Below are positions 27,024 to 36,647 of a stretch of DNA of 64,000 nt, piece by piece. The first letter of the stretch is position 1. Every line of letters begins with the position of its first letter. This DNA is from Bacteroidales bacterium (GTDB lineage: Bacteria; Bacteroidota; Bacteroidia; Bacteroidales; UBA12077): contig JAGXLL010000004.1 in NCBI GenBank assembly GCA_018334675.1, forward strand, positions 35,522 through 99,521, written 5' to 3'. A program made the position numbers and the translations under genes. Under the pieces are notes generated by a model that was given only the letters and a program-made list of their open reading frames with translations, had not been told where the DNA came from and made no database searches.

Positions 27024-29387
27024 ATGACCAGGGCCATTGGATACACCTTTTTGATGATGCTCATTCCCTTCGTTACCATGGGCCAAAAGTATACGATCAG
27101 CGGTCATGTGAAGGATCGATCCAACGGTGAAGTGTTGATCGGTGCAAACATATATATTCAAGGCACCCAGAAAGGCACAGCTACCAATGCCTATGGATTC
27201 TACTCCCTTACTGTGGATCAAGAAACAGACACGCTGGTTTATACCTATATGGGTTACCGCACCAGGAAAATCGGGCTAAACATCAACCACGACACGACGA
27301 TCAACACTGAACTTAAGCCAGCCTCCAAAAAGCTTCAGGAAGTGGTTATTACCGATAAGAGACCCAACCAAAATGTCAGCTCGGTTCAAATGAGCATGGA
27401 TAAACTAACCAGTCAGACCATCAGCAAAATACCTGTATTGATGGGGGAAACCGATATGATCAAGAGCCTGCAGCTCCTGCCGGGTGTCAAGAACACGGGG
27501 AGTCTGAGTTCCGGCATGAGCATCCGTGGAGGCGGCAGGGATCAGAACCTGATGCTGCTCGATGAAGCAACGGTATATAACGCCTCTCACCTGGGAGGTA
27601 TCTTTTCCGTTTTCAACACCGATGCCATCAAGAATGTAGAACTCTATAAAGGGAAGATCCCCGCCCGTTATGGAGGACGATTAGCCTCCCTGATCGACAT
27701 CCGCATGAAAGACGGCAATATGAAAAGATTTTCTGGCGAAGGAGGTATTGGATTGATTTCCAGTAGACTGACACTTGAGTCGCCCATCGTAAAAAACAAA
27801 GGTTCGGTGATGGTTTCAGGCAGAAGAACCTATATGGATGCCGTGATAAGGGCCGCCAGGGAATTGAGCGGAAATGAGAATATCATTGAATTTCCCTTCC
27901 ATTTTTATGACCTCAACGCCAAGGCCAATTACCGGATCAATTCCAACAACCGTCTTTATCTTTCCGGTTATTTCGGTCGCGATGTCTTCTCCTGGTCGAT
28001 CAATAAACAAAATCAATCCAGCTTCAACTGGGGCAACTACACCGGTACCCTCCGCTGGAACCACCTATTCAGCAAGAAGCTCTTTTCCAATTTTACCTTC
28101 CTCGCCAGCAATTACGATTATCTGCTTGCCAATGAGCTCACCGTGGGAAAGGATGAAAAAATCTTCTCCTTCGAATATGAAGCCTTTGTCAAGGATTATT
28201 CTTTCAAAGCCGATTTCGGTTACTATCTGAACCAGAACAACACCCTGCGGTTCGGCATCAAGACCACCCACCACGACTTCAATGTGGGAGAGGTAGAAGG
28301 GCAACAGGACACAGTAAATTTCTCCTTTAAGATGCCCAAGGTCAACAGCATCGAAACGGCCCTTTACATCAGCAATCAGCAACAGATCGGGGACCGGCTG
28401 TCACTCAAATACGGCCTGCGTTATTCATTGTTCCTCAATATCGGTCCTGCCCGCGTGAACCAAATAAATGACCGGTATGAGGTAACGGGTCAGAAAAGCT
28501 ACGAGCCGGGAAGCATCTATCACAACTATGGGGGGTTGGAACCGCGGCTGGCCATGAACTATACCTTCTCCCCAAGGCATTCCATAAAGGCCAGCTATTC
28601 CAGGACGCGTCAGCACCTGCTGATCGCCTCCAATTCCAACTCCGGCACACCACTTGATGTTTGGATCAGCGCCAACCCAAACATCAAGCCCCAGGTGGGA
28701 GATCAATATTCAGTGGGTTACTTCAGGAACTTTTTCGACAATCAACTGGAATCTTCCCTGGAAGTGTACTACAAAGATATGCAACACCAGGTGGCCTTCG
28801 ATGAATTTGCCCAGCCTCAGTTTAACCCGGAAATGATTGAAGACCTGCGTTTTGGAAGGGGCAAAGCATATGGCCTGGAACTATTGTTCAAAAAACCCGC
28901 CGGCAGGTTAAGCGGTTGGTTAAGCTATTCTTACTCCCGCTCCATGAGGAAGATCAGGGATATTCAGGAAAAAGACTGGTATCCTTCACCCTACGACCGC
29001 CCGCACGACCTGACCCTGGTGGCCATGTTCGATCTGACACCGCGCATCAGCCTTTCCGCCAACTGGACCATCAAATCGGGCAGACCCCTCAATGCTCCGG
29101 CTGCCCGTTATGAATATGGCAACCTCGTATTACCTTACTATTCCGGACGCAACCAGGACCGCATGCCTGCCTACCACCGGCTCGACCTGGGAGTGACTAT
29201 ACAGGGCAAGCAAAAACCCAACAGGGATTACCGGGGCAAATGGGTCTTCTCCGTCTACAATGTCTATGCCCGGAAAAATGCCGATGCCATATATTTTACT
29301 CAGGGCAGGAACCATTACACCACCAAAGCCATGCGTACAACTTATTTCACCATATTCCCCTCGGTCAGCTATAATTTTTCTTTCTGA
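27024..29387 (+). CDS. TonB-dependent outer-membrane receptor with an N-terminal carboxypeptidase-regulatory-like domain
   Basis: YTISGHVKD...GA.I matches the CarboxypepD_reg domain. Plug motifs are present (PG V..... G. IRGG), followed by a long beta-barrel ending in an aromatic residue (SYNFSF). The start was moved to MTRAIGYTFLMM at 27024. Confidence 0.87.
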   Translation: MTRAIGYTFLMMLIPFVTMGQKYTISGHVKDRSNGEVLIGANIYIQGTQKGTATNAYGFYSLTVDQETDTLVYTYMGYRTRKIGLNINHDTTINTELKPASKKLQEVVITDKRPNQNVSSVQMSMDKLTSQTISKIPVLMGETDMIKSLQLLPGVKNTGSLSSGMSIRGGGRDQNLMLLDEATVYNASHLGGIFSVFNTDAIKNVELYKGKIPARYGGRLASLIDIRMKDGNMKRFSGEGGIGLISSRLTLESPIVKNKGSVMVSGRRTYMDAVIRAARELSGNENIIEFPFHFYDLNAKANYRINSNNRLYLSGYFGRDVFSWSINKQNQSSFNWGNYTGTLRWNHLFSKKLFSNFTFLASNYDYLLANELTVGKDEKIFSFEYEAFVKDYSFKADFGYYLNQNNTLRFGIKTTHHDFNVGEVEGQQDTVNFSFKMPKVNSIETALYISNQQQIGDRLSLKYGLRYSLFLNIGPARVNQINDRYEVTGQKSYEPGSIYHNYGGLEPRLAMNYTFSPRHSIKASYSRTRQHLLIASNSNSGTPLDVWISANPNIKPQVGDQYSVGYFRNFFDNQLESSLEVYYKDMQHQVAFDEFAQPQFNPEMIEDLRFGRGKAYGLELLFKKPAGRLSGWLSYSYSRSMRKIRDIQEKDWYPSPYDRPHDLTLVAMFDLTPRISLSANWTIKSGRPLNAPAARYEYGNLVLPYYSGRNQDRMPAYHRLDLGVTIQGKQKPNRDYRGKWVFSVYNVYARKNADAIYFTQGRNHYTTKAMRTTYFTIFPSVSYNFSF

Positions 29388-29522
29388 CAGGGGAAAACCC
29401 ACCTTCGCTAAAGCGTCGGTGAACAAGGCAATCAAAAATGAGCAATAAAAAATGAAAAAGAACAATTTAACAAACAATTAATTTGACAATTTGACAATCT
29501 ATATAATCCATAAAAGCATTCG

Positions 29523-30410
29523 ATGATTCGAAAAAAATTAATTCTACCCCTCATAGCCGTGCTGATGCTATTTTTATCAGCGGGTTGTGAAGACGAACAG
29601 ATAAAATGGGAAACGAATACTGCACCCGGCATGCTGGTGGTGGAGGGAAGCCTGACCAATGAGCTGAAACAACATGAAGTTCTACTCAGCAGGTCGGCCG
29701 ACTATTTCATAAATAAAAAAACACCCGCGGTTTCAGGGGCAAATGTGCGGGTGATCAGCGGCCCCGACACCCTCCTTTACCGGGAAGATCCCGACAGAGA
29801 AGGCCTATATCTCAGCGAAAACCCGGTCGCCGGACAGCCAGGCCGAACCTATACCCTTGACATACGGCTTCAGGATCCCATTAACGGACAAAAGCATTAT
29901 CAAGCCAGGGAGGATATGATCCGTGGAATGGTGCTGGATACCATCCATGCAGCCATGTATGAAAACCCCTTATATGCAGAGCAATCACCCATGGACTCGA
30001 TGATTCTCTATCTTTCAGCATACGGGGAAGAACCCAAGGATATCCGCAATTATTATGCGGTCAACCTTTACCGCAATGGCAAGTCGGTGAGGGACACCAT
30101 CGATGAGCTCGATATCTTGTCCGATACAGAAGAGTTAGAAGGCCGTTTTGTCAACCACTTCTTCTTCTTTGAGTCATTCACACCCGGCGATACCATAGGC
30201 CTGGAACTGAGTACCGTCAGCAAATCATACCGCAATTACGTGGAAGGTATCAAAGAGATCGCCAATCAATCAGGCAACCCCTTCAATCTTTCCGGCCCCC
30301 CGGCCAATGCCCAGGGCAATATACAAGGCGATAACGCGCTGGGCTATTTCAGGGTTTCACATCTCACCCGTGCCCAAACCATCGTACAGGAAGAACCGCA
30401 GATCAGGTAA
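29523..30410 (+). CDS. DUF4249-like lipoprotein (usual partner of this TonB-dependent receptor class)
   Basis: The product has a lipobox (LSAGCE), is 295 aa, and lies immediately downstream of the receptor. The pairing is a common Bacteroidota arrangement. The family name is recalled. Confidence 0.7.
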   Translation: MIRKKLILPLIAVLMLFLSAGCEDEQIKWETNTAPGMLVVEGSLTNELKQHEVLLSRSADYFINKKTPAVSGANVRVISGPDTLLYREDPDREGLYLSENPVAGQPGRTYTLDIRLQDPINGQKHYQAREDMIRGMVLDTIHAAMYENPLYAEQSPMDSMILYLSAYGEEPKDIRNYYAVNLYRNGKSVRDTIDELDILSDTEELEGRFVNHFFFFESFTPGDTIGLELSTVSKSYRNYVEGIKEIANQSGNPFNLSGPPANAQGNIQGDNALGYFRVSHLTRAQTIVQEEPQIR

Positions 30411-30430
30411 TTCAAAAAGGTAATTCAGGA

Positions 30431-30467
30431 TCATTCAGCGCTTAGCGCAGCGCTAAGCGCTGAATGA
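30431..30467 (+). terminator. perfect 17-bp hairpin downstream of the DUF4249 gene (terminator-like, no U-tract)
   Basis: TCATTCAGCGCTTAGCG, a CAG loop, then CGCTAAGCGCTGAATGA. Three direct CTGAATGAA copies follow at 30460, 30471 and 30487. Confidence 0.5.
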
Positions 30468-30762
30468 AATCTGAATGAAATTAACACTGAATGAATACAG
30501 GGGATCAATCGTTGAAATAATCAACAGAAATAAGATTCAAACAAACAAAACGATTTTGAGTTTATGGATAATAATGATTAAATTGTGCCGGATGCCAAGA
30601 TCACGAATGATGTGGCGATATCCGGGCCTACCTTCATCGGGTGCATCACAACAACAAACATAACACGATCAGGTATCATGCCCTCTGCATACTTAAGGGA
30701 TTTTTTACCGGAGCATTATCCTGCAAGGCTGGACAGGTATTGGATCAAAATCTAAAACAATT

Positions 30763-31164
30763 ATGAAGCAATCAAGTAACAACAAGAAGCGGGGCAACAT
30801 TGCTCTGATAGCGCATGACGGAAAAAAGGCCGATATGGTCAAATTTGTCATGGACCACAAGGAAATACTCAGCCAGTATCAATTGCATGCCACCGGCACC
30901 ACCGGTCAGAAAATATCTGAAACCGGTCTTTCCAATATCATCCGCTACAATTCCGGCCCCTATGGAGGAGATGCCGAAATAGGCACCCTGGTTGCCAAAG
31001 GGGTGCTGGATATGGTATTCTTTTTCAGGGATCCGCTGGGCAAGCACCCGCACGATCCCGACATCGCCACGCTCATGCGGTTGTGTGATGTGTGGGAGAT
31101 CCCCCTGGCTACCAATAAATCCACTGCCCGCATTTTGCTTAGCAATTTCACCCCGGAGTATTGA
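30763..31164 (+). CDS. mgsA: methylglyoxal synthase
   Basis: The 133-aa product has [24 protein letters not shown] and FFRDPL...PHDPD motifs. Confidence 0.92.
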   Translation: MKQSSNNKKRGNIALIAHDGKKADMVKFVMDHKEILSQYQLHATGTTGQKISETGLSNIIRYNSGPYGGDAEIGTLVAKGVLDMVFFFRDPLGKHPHDPDIATLMRLCDVWEIPLATNKSTARILLSNFTPEY

Positions 31165-31461
31165 TCCCTTGCCCAAAAAATGCTCTGCACCGGCAAACCA
31201 CCAGCTCCTTTCCCGGCCCCTGCTTTCAACATCGGAGCTGCCTCCGATAAAGGAATAAAAATTTCCTTAGCCATGAGCTGATGCCATATTGAGACATCGA
31301 GCCTTTGGATGGTACCAGACAATGGATACGTTCATGGCCCGGATACAGCAGAGGCATTTCTTTCTGGGATATACCAACAAAAACCGCAACGTAAAACATT
31401 CCCATGGGCAAAAGATGCCATCTCAAAGAAAAATCTTATATTGTAATGGAATAGGTGAAAG

Positions 31462-31854
31462 ATGCCACTCATGGAACGTGACCTGCTGCACATAGCCGAC
31501 TGGTTCTTCGTGATTTTTCATGCCTCGCTGACGCTTTTCAACGCTATGGGGTGGATATGGAAAGCTACCCGAAGGCTCAATCTTATTACCCTTGCCCTCA
31601 CCGGAGCTTCCTGGTTCCTGCTGGGACTGTTCTATGGCATTGGCTATTGCCCCCTTACCGACTGGCATTTTCAGATCCTCAACCGGCTGGGTGAAACCCA
31701 TTTGCCTTCCTCCTACCTGGAATACCTCGTTGAAAGATTGACCCCGCTGAATCCTTCCTCCACCCTGGTCGACACCACAACAGCCATTGTCTTTTTCATA
31801 GCTCTTGGGCTTTCCATCACCCTCAATATCCGCGACCTCAGAAAGAAAAGTTAA
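31462..31854 (+). CDS. small integral membrane protein (DUF2784-like, CPLT motif)
   Basis: The 130-aa product has about 4 hydrophobic segments and a GYCPLTDWH motif. The family name is recalled only. Confidence 0.5.
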   Translation: MPLMERDLLHIADWFFVIFHASLTLFNAMGWIWKATRRLNLITLALTGASWFLLGLFYGIGYCPLTDWHFQILNRLGETHLPSSYLEYLVERLTPLNPSSTLVDTTTAIVFFIALGLSITLNIRDLRKKS

Positions 31855-31895
31855 TCAAATAACAGATCCATAGCATTTTTGAAGGCTTGCTCACC

Positions 31896-31924
31896 AAAGG
31901 ATTTTATGATTTCAGAAATCCTTT
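31896..31924. terminator. hairpin between convergent genes (candidate bidirectional terminator)
   Basis: AAAGGATTT (31896-31904) and AAATCCTTT (31916-31924) form a 9-bp stem, followed by TCCTTT. Confidence 0.45.
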
Positions 31925-31990
31925 TCCTTTATAGAAAAACCCCATGAAACGGTATCTTTTCTTGCGGGTTGAAAACTGCAGCGTTCCCAC

Positions 31991-34177
31991 CTAGAGGTTT
32001 TCCTCGATGAAGCTGGTCATTCGTGTATACAGGTGGAAAGTGGTGTTTCCCCCGTATATACCATGGTTCTTATCGGGATAAAACTGCATCTCAAATTGCT
32101 TGTTGGCTTGAACCAGTTCCTCGGCCAGCTCGATGGAATTTTGGAAATGAACATTGTCGTCGCCAGTGCCATGAATGAGCAAATAGTCGCCTTTGAGCCC
32201 CTCTACATGATTGATGGGTGAATTGTCATCATATCCGTCGGGGTTATCCTGCGGAAGGCCCATGAAGCGTTCCGTATAGATGGTATCGTAATAACGCCAG
32301 TTGGTCACCGGTGCCACAGCGATGGCCATCGAAAAGGTTTCATTGCCCTGAAAAAGGCAGTTCGACGACATGTATCCGCCGTAGCTCCATCCAAAGATCC
32401 CGATGCGGCTGGCATCGATATAGGACTTTTCTCCGAAGTACCGGGCGGCTTCAATTTGATCGATGGTCTCATATTTACCCAGCTGGCCATAGGTCATCTT
32501 CTTAAAGTGCTGGCCACGGGCACCGGTACCCCGGTTATCCACCACGGCGATCACATACCCCCGTTGGGCCAGCATCTGGAACCAGGCTAGCCGGCCTCCC
32601 CAGCGGTCGGTAACTTCCTGGGATCCCGGACCCCCGTAAAGATACATAAACAGTGGATACTCCTTACCGGGATCAAAATCGGGTGGTTTGATCGTATAGG
32701 CATTCAGGTCATACTCGCTGGAGGGGGTATTGATCTTTACAAATTCCTTGTCGGTGAAGCCATAGGGTGCCATCTTCTGCTTCAGAGTGCGGTTGTCCTC
32801 CAGTGTCCGGATGAGCTCTCCGCTGCGGTTATGAAGGGTTACCATCTGCGGGTTGTTGGCCGTGGAATGATAGTTGATATAATATTTATACCCATTGCTG
32901 AAATCAGCCCGGTTCCAGCCACCTTTCCGGGTGATCCGGCGCTTATCGCTGCCATCGGTGGCAATGGAATACACATGGCGCTGCAGTGGGGACTTCTCGG
33001 CTGAACTGTAAAACACACGTTCCTGCTGTTCATCATAGCCGATAAAATGGGTAACCTCCCATTCTCCATCGGTGATCTGATGCACCAGGTTACCCTCCAG
33101 ATCATAAAGATAGAGGTGGTTGTAACCCCTCTTCTCGCTATAGATGATGAACTGCTCCCCCTCCTTTATGAAGGTGGGATAATCATTCCCTATCTGAGAT
33201 ATGTAATAAGGATTGGATTCCTGATAAATCACTTTTGAATCACCCGTCCCGGCATTGGCCAGCATGATCTCGATCTTGTTTTGCAGACGGTTCATCCGCA
33301 TCATGCACAAGCGGTTGTTGTCGGGGGTCCACTTGATACGTGGGATGTACTGGTCGGTCTCTTTACCCGTATCCATCTCTTTAGTAGTGCCATCTTCCAG
33401 GTTATGGACGAAGATTTTGACGATAGAATTCTTCTCCCCGGCCTTTGGATATTTAAAGGCATAATCCTCCGGATAAAGCTGGTGCTGATACATGGTCATG
33501 TGGAAAACCTGCACCCGGCTCTCATCGAACTTATAAAAGGCAATTTTATCACCCCCGGGCGACCAGTGGAAGCCCTGGGTGAGGGCAAATTCCTCTTCAT
33601 ACACCCAGTCGGTGGTGCCATTGATGATGTGGTTGTATTCGCCATCATGGGTGATCTGCTCTTCCGTTCCCTGCTCCAGATCTTTAATGAACAGATCGTT
33701 ATTCCTTACAAACCCTACCTTGTTCCCCTGGGGTGAAAAGGTAGCCAGTCGTTGAGGACCATTGGTGCTTAGGGGCTCCAACATCTGATCCTGCCGGTCA
33801 TACACATAAAACTCAGCGGTGTAAGAACGCCGGTAAATAGGGTTAACCCGGGTGGCGATCAGGATCTTGTTCTCCTTGTCGCTAAACTCATACCCTTCGA
33901 ATCGATTGATATCATCATATTCCCCGGCATCGAACAGGGTTTCAACCGCTTTTCCTGTCTCATAAGCATATCTGACGATTGCAGTGTTATTCTCAAGTAC
34001 CGTGTAGTGTATGCCGTTGTCCATGGACCGGAGCCCGTGGACGGACTTTTGTTTGAATTCCCCTTTTTTGTAAATATCTTCCAGGGTGATCTTTTGGGTT
34101 TTCTCCTGGGCTGTTGTGTAAGCAGCCAGGGTAGAAAAGATTGATAAAAATGTAATAAACGAAGTGATTCTTTTCAT
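31991..34177 (-). CDS. dipeptidyl-peptidase IV (S9B prolyl oligopeptidase family)
   Basis: The 728-aa product has a signal peptide and an N-terminal DPPIV beta-propeller (WSP.G.K.AF). The C-terminal catalytic domain has GWSYGGY, and D/H (GTGDDNVH). Confidence 0.9.
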   Translation of the reverse strand: MKRITSFITFLSIFSTLAAYTTAQEKTQKITLEDIYKKGEFKQKSVHGLRSMDNGIHYTVLENNTAIVRYAYETGKAVETLFDAGEYDDINRFEGYEFSDKENKILIATRVNPIYRRSYTAEFYVYDRQDQMLEPLSTNGPQRLATFSPQGNKVGFVRNNDLFIKDLEQGTEEQITHDGEYNHIINGTTDWVYEEEFALTQGFHWSPGGDKIAFYKFDESRVQVFHMTMYQHQLYPEDYAFKYPKAGEKNSIVKIFVHNLEDGTTKEMDTGKETDQYIPRIKWTPDNNRLCMMRMNRLQNKIEIMLANAGTGDSKVIYQESNPYYISQIGNDYPTFIKEGEQFIIYSEKRGYNHLYLYDLEGNLVHQITDGEWEVTHFIGYDEQQERVFYSSAEKSPLQRHVYSIATDGSDKRRITRKGGWNRADFSNGYKYYINYHSTANNPQMVTLHNRSGELIRTLEDNRTLKQKMAPYGFTDKEFVKINTPSSEYDLNAYTIKPPDFDPGKEYPLFMYLYGGPGSQEVTDRWGGRLAWFQMLAQRGYVIAVVDNRGTGARGQHFKKMTYGQLGKYETIDQIEAARYFGEKSYIDASRIGIFGWSYGGYMSSNCLFQGNETFSMAIAVAPVTNWRYYDTIYTERFMGLPQDNPDGYDDNSPINHVEGLKGDYLLIHGTGDDNVHFQNSIELAEELVQANKQFEMQFYPDKNHGIYGGNTTFHLYTRMTSFIEENL

Positions 34178-34268
34178 GATAAAATGTTTATTGAGGGTTT
34201 GGGCATTAAAACATATCAGGAACGATTTGAATTGAATTCATATGGTTCTTTTTTTATTTAATTAATTG

Positions 34269-34344
34269 GTCATATGTAACTTACCATGAGCAAATAATCA
34301 TGTTCGTGTGTAAGATAATGATTATTTGCTCATGAACGTTTCAG
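34269..34344 (+). repeat. hairpin repeat family, copy B (perfect 17-bp stem)
   Basis: GGTCATATGTAAC is followed by the arms CATGAGCAAATAATCAT (34286-34302) and ATGATTATTTGCTCATG (34319-34335). The 16-nt loop is GTTCGTGTGTAAGATA. The copy ends 1 nt before the amgK-like start codon. Confidence 0.85.
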
Positions 34345-35439
34345 TTGATCGAAGCGATAAAATTAACAGATATTCCTAAATTTGTGAAAAAAGCGGGTGA
34401 AAAATTGAAGAAGGATCAAAAGCAGTCGCTAGTCCATTTGTTTCGGGCATGGTGTGGTGAAGAGGCATACCAAATCAGGCCTGTTCCCGGATCGGGATCC
34501 AACCGGGCTTATTATCGCCTGGCCGGATCCAATCATACGGCCATAGGTGTTATTAATCCTGACTACAGGGAGAACAGGGCTTTTGTTTACATGACCCGGT
34601 TTTTCAGGAATGAAAGGATAGCGGTTCCTGCCTTACATGGAGAGGATTTGAACCGGGGTGTTTACTTAACCGAGGATTTGGGCGACCAGACTTTATTCGA
34701 CCTGATTACTCAAAACCCGGGTGATCCGGCCGGTGAGCCTCAAACCAGGGAAAAGATCATTGAAGCCCTCCGGGAATTAGCCAGGATACAAGTGGTGGCA
34801 GGAAAAAAGATGGATTTTTCCATGTGTTATCCATATACCCGGTTTAACCGGGATTCCATCGTCTTCGACCTGCATTATTTCCGGGAGCAATTTCTGGAAC
34901 CAACGGGGCTAAAATACAATAAGCGAGAGATAGAAAAGGACTTTGAAGCTCTTGTCAGCCTCATCCTGGAAGCGGATCAGGAATATCTTATGTACCGGGA
35001 TTTTCAATCGCGCAACATCATGGTATGTCAAAACAAACTCTATTTCATCGACTATCAGGGGGCCAGGAAGGGCCCCTTACAATATGATCTGGCTGCATTT
35101 CTTTATCAGGCAAGAGCCAGGCTACCCGAATCATTCCGTGACCAGATGGTAGAGCATTATCTGAAAGTGGCCCGTATGCTCACTCCCATTGATGAGCGGA
35201 GCTTCAGAAAATATTTCTACCCCATTGCCCTGCTGCGGGTTCTGCAAACCCTGGGTGCCTATGGACTGAGGGGGCTAAAGGAACAAAAGGAGCACTTCAT
35301 CCAAAGCATTCCCTATGCGCTGAAAAACCTGGAAAGCCTCCATCCCCGCATACCGGAATTAACTGATCTGCCGGAGCTGCAACGAATCCTCCATCGTTTG
35401 ATGTATATAAAAATACCTTATAATGAAGCCAACCAATAA
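34345..35439 (+). CDS. APH-family sugar kinase, AmgK-like (anomeric MurNAc/GlcNAc kinase candidate)
   Basis: The product has a kinase catalytic loop YRDFQSRNIMV and an FIDYQGA metal-binding motif resembling AmgK (hRD.hSRN.m / iDfQda). The gene context includes a MurU-like transferase. It uses a TTG start, so the true start is uncertain. Confidence 0.65.
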   Translation: MIEAIKLTDIPKFVKKAGEKLKKDQKQSLVHLFRAWCGEEAYQIRPVPGSGSNRAYYRLAGSNHTAIGVINPDYRENRAFVYMTRFFRNERIAVPALHGEDLNRGVYLTEDLGDQTLFDLITQNPGDPAGEPQTREKIIEALRELARIQVVAGKKMDFSMCYPYTRFNRDSIVFDLHYFREQFLEPTGLKYNKREIEKDFEALVSLILEADQEYLMYRDFQSRNIMVCQNKLYFIDYQGARKGPLQYDLAAFLYQARARLPESFRDQMVEHYLKVARMLTPIDERSFRKYFYPIALLRVLQTLGAYGLRGLKEQKEHFIQSIPYALKNLESLHPRIPELTDLPELQRILHRLMYIKIPYNEANQ

Positions 35440-35827
35440 TTTAACTGTCGAGGTGAGAAGTTTTTCTTACAGAAGGGGCCTGCCCTATGATGCCAGCGGG
35501 CATGGGGGTGGATATATCTTTGATTGCCGTGCTATTTTGAACCCTGGCCGTTATGAGCGTTATATGATGCTATCGGGCAGGGATCAGGAAGTGATCGATT
35601 TTCTCAGAAAAAATACCGACATCGCCTCTTTTCTTGAGCATGCCTGTCAGCTGGTAGAGATGAGCATTCAGAATTACCAGGAACGGGAGTTCGACCACCT
35701 GATGGTAGCCTTTGGGTGTACCGGTGGCCGCCATCGCTCGGTATACTGTGCCGAGCAAATGGCTCAATGGCTGAAGGACAACTTTAACCTTGGAGTAGAC
35801 CTGGAACACCTCGATCTTAATGCCTAA
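35423..35827 (+). CDS. stand-alone RapZ C-terminal-domain protein
   Basis: The 134-aa product has SFSYRRGLPYDA, FDCR.ILNPGRY and VAFGCTGGRHRSVYCAEQ motifs. These match the C-terminal half of RapZ/YvcJ (IGCTGGKHRSV). No P-loop N-terminal domain is present. The gene overlaps the upstream gene by 17 nt. Confidence 0.8.
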   Translation: MKPTNNLTVEVRSFSYRRGLPYDASGHGGGYIFDCRAILNPGRYERYMMLSGRDQEVIDFLRKNTDIASFLEHACQLVEMSIQNYQEREFDHLMVAFGCTGGRHRSVYCAEQMAQWLKDNFNLGVDLEHLDLNA

Positions 35828-35839
35828 ACCATTCACACC

Positions 35840-36562
35840 ATGAAAGCCATGATATTCGCTGCAGGTAAAGGCAGCAGACTGCAACCCTTAACATTGGAAA
35901 AGCCCAAAGCCCTGGTGGAAGTTGGGGGTACAACCATGCTGGAGCATACCATCCGGCATTTGAGAGACTATGGCATAGAAAGCATCGTGATCAACATCCA
36001 CCATTTTGCCGGTCAAATCAGGCAATTTATTGACCAGCACGATGGTTTCGGCCTGGATATCGCTTTTTCTGATGAAAGGGAACAACTGTTGGATACCGGT
36101 GGCGGATTGAAAAAGGCCTCGTGGTTTTTCAGTGAAAAGGAACCCTTCATCGTTCATAATGTGGATGTACTCAGCAACCTGGATCTGAACGAATTGTATC
36201 AATATCACACCCGCCAACATGCCCTGGCTACCCTGGCTGTACGGGAGCGGGAATCATCCCGCTATCTGCTGTTCGACTCCGGTAACAGGCTGTGCGGATG
36301 GGAAAACCTGAAAGAGGGAGAAAAAAAACTCATCCGGCCGGCTGCTCATTATAGAAGACTTGCTTTTAGCGGAATACAGGTTATAGACCCTTCCTTGTTC
36401 CAAATCATGCCGGATGAAAAAGTCTTCTCCATCACAAAGGCTTACCTGGATGCAGGTAAAAACAATGATATTCAGGCGTACCAGGACAATAATACATGGT
36501 GGTTTGATATTGGCAATCCGGCAAATCTGCAAAAAGCAGATCATTTCATGAGATCCGGATAA
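35840..36562 (+). CDS. sugar-1-phosphate nucleotidyltransferase, MurU-like
   Basis: MKAMIFAAGKGSRLQPLT..KPKALV is the NTP_transferase signature. The product is 240 aa and is co-oriented with the AmgK-like kinase. Confidence 0.72.
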   Translation: MKAMIFAAGKGSRLQPLTLEKPKALVEVGGTTMLEHTIRHLRDYGIESIVINIHHFAGQIRQFIDQHDGFGLDIAFSDEREQLLDTGGGLKKASWFFSEKEPFIVHNVDVLSNLDLNELYQYHTRQHALATLAVRERESSRYLLFDSGNRLCGWENLKEGEKKLIRPAAHYRRLAFSGIQVIDPSLFQIMPDEKVFSITKAYLDAGKNNDIQAYQDNNTWWFDIGNPANLQKADHFMRSG

Positions 36563-36647
36563 AATGAATTAAGGCTCCCCCCACGATGATCGTTCTGCTC
36601 GGTGTGCTGTCCATCACCAGAAAAAAACGACAGGAAGATAACAGGCG

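Noticed and set aside
30475-30663. 62-aa + strand ORF in the mgsA upstream region
   Set aside because: It begins inside the CTGAATGAA repeat cluster and is low-complexity with no homology-like motifs. The region is more likely regulatory or non-coding.
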